Of a stretch of 64,000 nucleotides of DNA, positions 59,301-64,000 are shown piece after piece; position 1 is the stretch's first letter; every line of letters begins with the position of its first letter. The stretch comes from Thermoplasmatota archaeon. GTDB lineage: Archaea; Thermoplasmatota; JAKEGO01. A program made the position numbers and the translations under genes. The DNA lies in the NCBI GenBank assembly GCA_028279595.1, contig JANQNK010000020.1, forward strand, positions 160,001 through 224,000, given 5' to 3'. The notes below the pieces were generated by a model, which did not search any database, was not told the DNA's origin, and saw only the letters and a program-made list of their open reading frames with translations.

Positions 59301-62300
59301 CCGATCACATATACGGTCACGATCACGAACACTGGAGACGTGGACCTGTATATCACGTACCTCGACGACGATGTCATCGGCGACCTGAGCGGCAACGTCG
59401 ATCCGAACCCGATCCCCGCCGGGGATTCGGTCGAATTCTCGTACCAGTACACCGTTACGGCGGCACCGGACCCGCTCGTGAACGAGATAACCCTGATCGG
59501 CGAGAACGAGCTCGGCGAGGACACCATCACCGCCTCGGACACACACTCCGTCGACATCCTCTATACAGGTATAGAGATAGTGAAGACCGGTCCCGACACA
59601 GCCTTCGTAGGTGAAGAGATCACTTACGACGTCACCGTGACCAACACCGGAGAGGTCGACTACTACGTCACCTATCTCGACGACACCCTTGTGGGCGACA
59701 TGACGTCCTACATCACCGACGATGTCATCACCCTGTCGGAGGGCTCCGAGAGCTTCTCTTACACGTGGACCGTCACGAACGAGTACGATCCGCTACCGAA
59801 CGCGATAAACATCAACGGCCAGAACCAGTACGGAAGCGACTGGGTCAGCGACTCGGACGGGCACTCCTGCGACATCCTCCTGACGGGCATCGAGGTCACC
59901 AAGGACGGACCGAGCGAGGCCCTTGTGGGCGAGGAGATCACCTACGAGTTCACCGTGAAGAACACCGGCGAGATGGACCTCTACATATCCACACTCTATG
60001 ACGACGTCCTGGGAGACCTGAGCAGCTACATCAGCAACCCGATCGGCGCCGGCGACACCGAGTCATTCACCGTCGATTACGTCGTGACCGGCGAGGAGGG
60101 CGATCCCCTCGTGAACACGATCACAGCAACAGGCGCCAACATCTTCGGCGGTGGCGAGGTGACCGATACTGCCACCCACCAGTGCGACATCCTGTTCACC
60201 GGAGTGACGGTCGAGAAGGATGGACCGACCACAGCACTGGTCGGCGAGGAGATAACCTATACGATCACCGTGACGAACACCGGTGATGTGGACCTTTACA
60301 TCAAGGACCTCTACGATACGTTCATAGGAAATGTCACTGGCGATATCACCGACGGCGTGATCACGGTAGCCGAGGGCTATCAGACCTTGACCTACACGCA
60401 TACGGTCGGCGAGACACCCGACCCGATCATCAACACCGTCACCGTGACCGGCAAGAACGAGGTCGGCGGCGGCAAGGTTACCGATACCGACACCCATGAG
60501 TGCGACGTACACCACACTGGCGTCAGGATCGAGAAGACCGGACCTGCCACCGCACAGGTGGGCCAGGAGATCACCTACACGATAACCGTGTGGAACACCG
60601 GTGACACCGACCTTTACATCAGCTCGCTCTACGACAGCCTGCTGGGAGAGCTCAAGACCTACATCACTGCCGGTGTCATAACCACCGGTGAGGGCTTCGA
60701 GTCGTTCACGTACACCTACACGATAACCGGCGATGAGGACGATCCACTCATCAACGAGATAACTGTCTACGGCGACAACGAGATCCAGGGCGATCCCGTG
60801 TCCGACACCACGAGCCACGAGTGCGACATCCTCAGGACCGGTATCCGCGTCGAGAAGATCGGACCGGACACGGCAGAGGTCGGTGAGACGATAACCTATG
60901 AGCTATGGGTCCACAACACAGGCGAAGTGCCAATCACCTTCGACACCATCGAGGACACCCTGACAGGCCCACACTCCTTGGGCAGTGGAGTCACTCTAGG
61001 CGTCGGACAATCCGGTTACCTGGAAGTGGACTACGTCGTGACCGAATTATACGACCCGATCGAGAACACCATGACCGTCACTGGCTACAACGCATATGAT
61101 TCGGATCCTGTGACCGCTTCCGACACCCACGAGGTTGACGTCCTGAGAACGGGTGTCAGTATCTTGAAGTGGGCTCAAGCGACCGCAGAGGTGGGCGAGA
61201 CGGTCCTGTACACGATAGAGATCTACAACGAGGGCGAGGTCGATCTGTACATCACGTCACTGTGGGACTCATATCTGGGCGAGATATCCCACTGGCTGGA
61301 CGACCTGGTCATCACGACCGAGGAGGGCTACGTGACGCTCTACTATAACATCATCGTGTCCGATCAATTCGATCCGCTGACCAACCTTGTCGAAGTCTAT
61401 TGCGAGAACTACTACGAGAGCGACCAGGTGATGGAGTGGGATGACCACGAGCTCGACATCCTCCGCACGGGTATGGAGGTCACCAAGACCGGACCGCAGA
61501 CAGCGATGATCGGCGAGGAGATCGAGTATACAATCGGCATTGAGAACACCGGCGAGGTGGACCTCTACATCACCTCCATGGACGATACACTGCTCGGAGA
61601 CCTTCTCGACTATCTCGGATACGGACCATCCAATCCTCTCATCATCGAGCCTTACGTAGAATCGTTCTTCGACGTCTTCTTCGACATCACAGTGGACCTG
61701 GAGGATCCGCTCCCGAATACGGTCACCGTCACTGGTACCAACAGCAACGGCGAGGACACTGTCCAGGACAGCGACAGCCACGAGGTCGACATACTCAGGA
61801 CCGGCGTCAGGATCGAGAAATCCGGACCGGCGTCCGCTGAGGTCGGCGAGACCATCACATATACGGTCAAGATCACGAACACCGGTGAGGTTGACCTCTA
61901 TATCTGGTACCTTGAGGACTTCCTTGTTGGCAGCCTGATCGGTATGATAACCAACCCGATCGCACCTGGCGTCACCGTGACCATCACCTATCAATACACT
62001 GTCCAGGAGAATGACCCCGATCCTCTCTATAACTGGGTATATGTCGAGGCTCTCAACGAGTACGATTCCGACTACGTCTGGGATTTCGATGAAGTTAATG
62101 TCGACGTACTCTACGCCGGACTGACAATCGAGAAGACCGGACCGGAGTCCGCATGCCTTGGTGAGATCATCACCTACACGATAACCATCAGGAACACCGG
62201 CGAGGTGGACCTCTATCCGACCTATCTGCAGGATACGCTCGGAGGCAACCTTATCAGCCAAATCACCGACGGCGTGATTGAGGTCGGAGAGACCGAGACC

Positions 62301-64000
62301 TTGACATATCAGTGGACCGTCTCCGGCAGGGACGACGACCCACTAGAGAACGATGTCACCATCATAGCAGTGAACCAGTTCGAGGCAGACGAGGTCACTG
62401 GCACCGACGATCATTCAGTCGACATCCTCTACACCGGGATCATCGTCGAGAAGACCGGACCACCGACAGCAGTGATCGGAGAGACCATCACCTACGAGGT
62501 GACGATATACAACGATGGAGAGATCCCTCTGTACATCACCTCGGCGATCGACTCGATCGTGGGCGACGTCACCGACCTGGTTGACAGCCCGATCCCGGTT
62601 GGCAGTTCCGACACCTTCACCTATACGTGGACAGTTGAGGCGACACCCGATCCGCTGGACAACACCATCACCGTCATAGGCGTGAATAAGTACGGGATCG
62701 ATACCCAGACCGATACTGCCACCCATCGGGTGGACGTCCTCAGGACCGGAGTGACCATCGAGAAGACCGGACCGGCGACCGCCCAGGTGGGCCAGACCAT
62801 CGAATACGTGATAACCATAACGAATACCGGGGAAACAGACCTCTACATCTACTCACTCTACGACACCCTGCTGGGCAACCTACTGGGCGAGATCAGCGAC
62901 GGTGTCATCACGACCGACGAGGGATACGAGGTGATCTACTACGACTACCTTGTCACTGACGAATATGATCCGATCCTTAACAGCGTCACGATCTGGGCCT
63001 CCAATTACTACGGCTATGACATTGTGACCGGTACCGCTGGCCACGAGGTCGATCTGCTCCGTACTGGCCTCGAGGTGACGAAGACCGGGCCGGAGACCGC
63101 CGTAATTGGCGACCTTATCGAATACACCATCACCGTGAAGAACACCGGTGAGGTGGACCTTTACATTACCACTCTATACGACACTCTGCTGGGCGACCTG
63201 AGCGCATACATCACGAACCCGATCCCTGCAGGCACGACCGAGACTATCATCTATCAATACGGTGTCAGTTATCAGCTCGACCCGATCGAGAACGAAGTCA
63301 CCGTGACAGGATGGAACGTACACCAGAACGACGAGGTGACCGAGACCGCCAGCCACGAGGTGGACCTCCTCAGGACCGGTGTCGATATCCGAAAGACCGG
63401 TCCTCTGACCGCCGAGATCGGTGAGACGATCACCTACACGGTCACCGTCTACAACACAGGAGAATGTGACCTGTACATCGGCGAGATCTATGACTCGATG
63501 GTCGACATCGACCTCTACGGTTACATCAGCGATGGGGTCATCACCGTCGCCGAGGGTTCCGAGACCTTCACATATCAATACACGGTACAACCTGGCGACC
63601 CGAATCCACTCGAGAATGAGGTGTTCGTGAACGCCGGCAACCGGCATTACAACGATTACGTCGAGGCTTGGGCGTACTGGTGGGTAGAGCTCCTCTACAC
63701 CGGAGTGGAGATCGAGAAGGACGGTCCCTCGACCGCCGAGGTCGGCGAGGAGATAACCTACTACATATTCGTGGACAACACGGGGGACGTACCCCTCTAC
63801 ATCACCATCTTCGAAGACACGCTACATGGCGATCTGCTAGGCGATATCACCAACCCGATCCCTGTCGGAGGTTCCGAGACCCTCACGTACACGTGGATCG
63901 TCGGAGAGACCCCTGACCCGCTTAACAATGAAGTTGGTATCCAGGGCCAGAACTCGCATGGATACGACGTGGTGCAGGCCTTTGACAGCCACCAGGTGGA
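50358..64000 (+). CDS. Giant secreted repeat protein (>4547 codons, open to window end) with 42 DUF11/DUF7507-like Ig-fold repeats
   Basis: GGAGGTG RBS, ATG at 50358, leader MRKSVATALVMALLVQMISAGVLI. Repeat consensus TGVxIEKTGPxxAEVGExITYTITVxNTGEVDLYI...DPLxNxxTV...DxDxHxVDIL. All 42 repeat starts fall in the same frame. Absent from the ORF track, presumably because no stop is reached. Confidence 0.92.
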   Translation, partial: MRKSVATALVMALLVQMISAGVLITMNERTPGVLQDESRVHGDEMSANGIKTGLSVEISGPPTAEVGEIVEYTITVTNTGSVDLYIPLMTDTLLGDLTGRISGGVITEDEGFETFTVTHYVLATDSDPLYNNITVDGEDKNGGDQVQDSDDHTIDILSTGVSIELTGPESAEVGDPVTYTVEVVNTGEVDLYITSLMDTLAGDLSGLISGGVITTEEGSEQFIYPYIVKKTVSDPLVNHISVRGQNINSADVVSDSDRHSVDIVETVIPETPGPLADTGDETGVTIEKSGPTSAEVGETITYDITVTNTGSVDLYITSLSDPLVGDLSDEISGDVITTTEGSETFSYTYTVQATDSDPLVNTISVEADNEAGDDPVDDSDTHSVNLLYTGITITKSGPTTAEVGEEITYTVEVENTGEVDLTITSLTDTVGGDLSGEISDGVITTTEGSETITYTYTVQDSDSDPFGNTVTVTATNGNSGDSVTDSDTHSVDIQNTGVTVTKTAPATAEIWQIITYTITVTNTGDTDLYITALSDTLLGDLKTKISGGKITTSEGFETFTYTYIVTSNEDPLDNSITVIGENEYGEDQVTDTASHTVDILFTDFTVEKTGPAKAFVGEEITYTVTITNTGEVDLYIGSITDTFVGDLTDEVPGGVIDVGDYAEFSYTWTVLSTSHDPLANAVNVNAENQYGSDWISDSDGHSLDVLWTGVSIEKTGPTTAEVGETITYTITVTNEGDVDLFITSLLDDQYGDLSDYITGDKITTKEGSETFTYDYTVQAGDDNPLVNTITVVGENKFGDNEVTDSDSWTVELVGTDVEITKSGPETAMVGETITYTFTVTNTGVVDLYIDSITDTVLGDLTSYVTSPIANGGSDTFTVDYVVPSTASDPLENTVTIEASNEHGENDVTDTASHSCDLLRTGVSITKSGPTSGEIGEEVTYTIVVTNEGDVDLYITSLIDDELGTLTDDITDGVITTTEGSETVYVTHTLTVNDDDPLINTVTVIGTNSAEGDEVTDSDTHTLDILRTGVDVTKSGADDAEVGESIDYTITVENTGAVDLTITSLSDTLLGSLMSYLTDEDTGNAGIQILVGSTQTITYTYTVTDETDVLENTVTVIGENGNSDDEVTDSASWSLDVLRTGIEVTKDGPASAEVGEEITYTIRITNIGDVEVEITTINDNLLGDLIGELTTTTIAVGEYIEFTVTYTVPAVIGSLYNIVTVLAENQYGDDSTSDSDDHTCRVLRTGVTISKDGPSDAQIGETITYTIRVTNTGAVDLTITSLTDTLLGNLLTEISGGVITTTEGFEEFTYDYTVLAGDDDPLDNSITVTGQNSNSADPVTDSDAHIVDLEYTGLTVIKEGPSSAEVGEEITYEFTIKNPGEVDLYITTFFDTLLGDILAAEGYGASNPLVVEPNIDSFFDITYEIEFEDDDPLPNTVTVTGENEFGEDEVTDTDDHSVDIKFAGMEITKEGPASAEVGQTVTYTITVKNTGEVDLVVTKLDDDVLGDILAMNDYDELNPLVVDPFTDSFFDIEYEIEFDDPDPLINTVVGEGENQYGADPQSDEASHSLDILRSGLTIEKTGPETAQVGETITYTIKITNTGQVDLDVTYLYDTLLGDLLSDLATGTIAAGTTETLTYTYTIGEDDLDPLPNAVTIRAENQYGQDQVSDTDDHEVDIKYANISVDKEGPATAQIGETITYTITVSNPGEVDVTITSLDDTLLNDLLSYLTDEDASEPGVQILAGSSQSFTYDYTIPLQPEDPTPNSIAVVAENYFGEDEVRDSASHSVDILRSSITISKAAQDEAEVGESIEYTITIVNDGEVDLTITYLYDSLGGDLSGQISGGVITVSEYFETVTYTYTAPYSPDPLENTVWVNGENSNGEDVASDSASHSVDILHVDISIDKEGPISAQVGQTITYTITITNEGEVDVYVTSLTDTLLGDLIGELTDTEIPEGTSVSFDYEYTVLSTDPDPLDNEISVAVVNGHEADPDSDTDGHRVDLLFPGVEITKEGPSSAMVGETITYTITVTNTGATDLVLTKLEDSIEGDLLSYISDNEITLSEGFESFTYTYTILSTDTDPLANTITVEGENEYGASDVSDTASHSVDILYTDATIEKTGDASAEVGQTIEYTVTIENTGDVDLYVYSLYDTLVGDLTSQITDGVIEVDEIEVITYSHTVTMTDPDPLTNTVSLTAYNRYQTDTLFIFDDHEVDIKYTGMTVTKTGPVSGEVGEEIMYTISIENTGEVDLYITEFDDSLLDDLLVYFGYDELDPLVIGAGVESFFDVYYTIEFDDTDPLLNTVTVEGENQYGGNPQSGEDSHSVDIKYTRMEVTKTAQQTAEVGEEVKWTITIKNTGEVDLVITKVDDSLLGDILADAGYGPLNPLIIEPTFDSFFDVFTEIEVDGADPLINRVTVEGENQYGEDGQEDEDSHSINILRSGIEIEKTGPTDAVLGDEITYTITIRNIGEVDLYITSLQDTLLGDLIGEITNPIAAGTTVTFDYTYIVSGRDDDPLPNTITVNAWNQYDADPVSDSDGHSVDLHYTGVTIEKTGPVDAEVFEEITYWITVTNTGDTDLHIDTLTDSVIGDLSTYISDGVITVAEGSETFSYEYTVTDTPDPLVNTVTVVGTNSNEIDSVTATDSHSVDVLYTGVDIRKTGPSTATVGETITYTVEIENTGEVDLYVTSLVDTLVGNVIGLLDDTVIGVGETDTITYQHTVTSTYDPLPNGININVENQFQSDWKSDNDDHSVDILRTGVEITKTGPESAIPGQTITYTVEIYNYGEVDLWIFYLWDSLVGDISGLVSNPIAAGTTQTITYTYTVQEDDTDPLPNNVYGRGWNRFQTDVVDDEDGHSVDLKYTGVEITKDGPDDAKSGETITYTISIKNTGEVDLYVTDLDDTILGDLTTEVTNPIAPGDTFTFTYDYTVQSTDSDPLLNEITVTASNEAGGDEVTDTASHSVDLMLIDVTIEKTGPETAEVWEPITYTVTITNTGDVDLYITYLDDDVIGDLSGNVDPNPIPAGDSVEFSYQYTVTAAPDPLVNEITLIGENELGEDTITASDTHSVDILYTGIEIVKTGPDTAFVGEEITYDVTVTNTGEVDYYVTYLDDTLVGDMTSYITDDVITLSEGSESFSYTWTVTNEYDPLPNAININGQNQYGSDWVSDSDGHSCDILLTGIEVTKDGPSEALVGEEITYEFTVKNTGEMDLYISTLYDDVLGDLSSYISNPIGAGDTESFTVDYVVTGEEGDPLVNTITATGANIFGGGEVTDTATHQCDILFTGVTVEKDGPTTALVGEEITYTITVTNTGDVDLYIKDLYDTFIGNVTGDITDGVITVAEGYQTLTYTHTVGETPDPIINTVTVTGKNEVGGGKVTDTDTHECDVHHTGVRIEKTGPATAQVGQEITYTITVWNTGDTDLYISSLYDSLLGELKTYITAGVITTGEGFESFTYTYTITGDEDDPLINEITVYGDNEIQGDPVSDTTSHECDILRTGIRVEKIGPDTAEVGETITYELWVHNTGEVPITFDTIEDTLTGPHSLGSGVTLGVGQSGYLEVDYVVTELYDPIENTMTVTGYNAYDSDPVTASDTHEVDVLRTGVSILKWAQATAEVGETVLYTIEIYNEGEVDLYITSLWDSYLGEISHWLDDLVITTEEGYVTLYYNIIVSDQFDPLTNLVEVYCENYYESDQVMEWDDHELDILRTGMEVTKTGPQTAMIGEEIEYTIGIENTGEVDLYITSMDDTLLGDLLDYLGYGPSNPLIIEPYVESFFDVFFDITVDLEDPLPNTVTVTGTNSNGEDTVQDSDSHEVDILRTGVRIEKSGPASAEVGETITYTVKITNTGEVDLYIWYLEDFLVGSLIGMITNPIAPGVTVTITYQYTVQENDPDPLYNWVYVEALNEYDSDYVWDFDEVNVDVLYAGLTIEKTGPESACLGEIITYTITIRNTGEVDLYPTYLQDTLGGNLISQITDGVIEVGETETLTYQWTVSGRDDDPLENDVTIIAVNQFEADEVTGTDDHSVDILYTGIIVEKTGPPTAVIGETITYEVTIYNDGEIPLYITSAIDSIVGDVTDLVDSPIPVGSSDTFTYTWTVEATPDPLDNTITVIGVNKYGIDTQTDTATHRVDVLRTGVTIEKTGPATAQVGQTIEYVITITNTGETDLYIYSLYDTLLGNLLGEISDGVITTDEGYEVIYYDYLVTDEYDPILNSVTIWASNYYGYDIVTGTAGHEVDLLRTGLEVTKTGPETAVIGDLIEYTITVKNTGEVDLYITTLYDTLLGDLSAYITNPIPAGTTETIIYQYGVSYQLDPIENEVTVTGWNVHQNDEVTETASHEVDLLRTGVDIRKTGPLTAEIGETITYTVTVYNTGECDLYIGEIYDSMVDIDLYGYISDGVITVAEGSETFTYQYTVQPGDPNPLENEVFVNAGNRHYNDYVEAWAYWWVELLYTGVEIEKDGPSTAEVGEEITYYIFVDNTGDVPLYITIFEDTLHGDLLGDITNPIPVGGSETLTYTWIVGETPDPLNNEVGIQGQNSHGYDVVQAFDSHQV
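50511..64000 (+). repeat. 42 tandem degenerate coding repeats, mostly 312-339 nt
   Basis: Unit starts at about 50511, 50832, 51201, 51522 ... 63375, 63699. Confidence 0.9.

Noticed and set aside
50567-63916. Many track ORFs in this region (e.g. 57897..59546 minus, 549 aa)
   Set aside because: Antisense or off-frame shadows of the giant plus-strand ORF caused by biased codon usage.

Overview
GC-rich archaeal DNA, most consistent with a Thermoplasmata-like euryarchaeote (inference from GGAGGTG-type RBSs, TATA-like promoters, a geranylgeranyl reductase, PGF-/PEF-CTERM sorting signals, split glutamate synthase genes, and a tRNA-Gln with an A1-U72 pair and no encoded CCA). 1-22 kb is mostly minus-strand housekeeping and peptide/amino-acid catabolism: S8, C25 and M28 peptidases, PRODH, CysK, acyl-CoA synthetase and dehydrogenase. 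22.2-43.4 kb is a co-oriented cluster of four apparently exported proteins: a 2624-aa RHS/YD protein with a very long extension after the core, a PEF-CTERM protein, a 2700-aa beta-helix/Ig surface protein, and a ~1440-aa protein made of about eight tandem Hcp (T6SS tube-like) domains behind a hydrophobic leader and carrying short motifs typical of unrelated families. No sheath, VgrG, PAAR or baseplate gene is in the window. This RHS + poly-Hcp locus is the best candidate for an undescribed system. After tRNA-Gln, MazG, a CPA2 antiporter and GltB2/GltB3 there is a 5'-truncated Lhr helicase, then a giant >4500-codon ORF (50358 to the window end, absent from the ORF track) with 42 DUF11-like repeats. 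All family assignments come from motif recognition; no searches were run.
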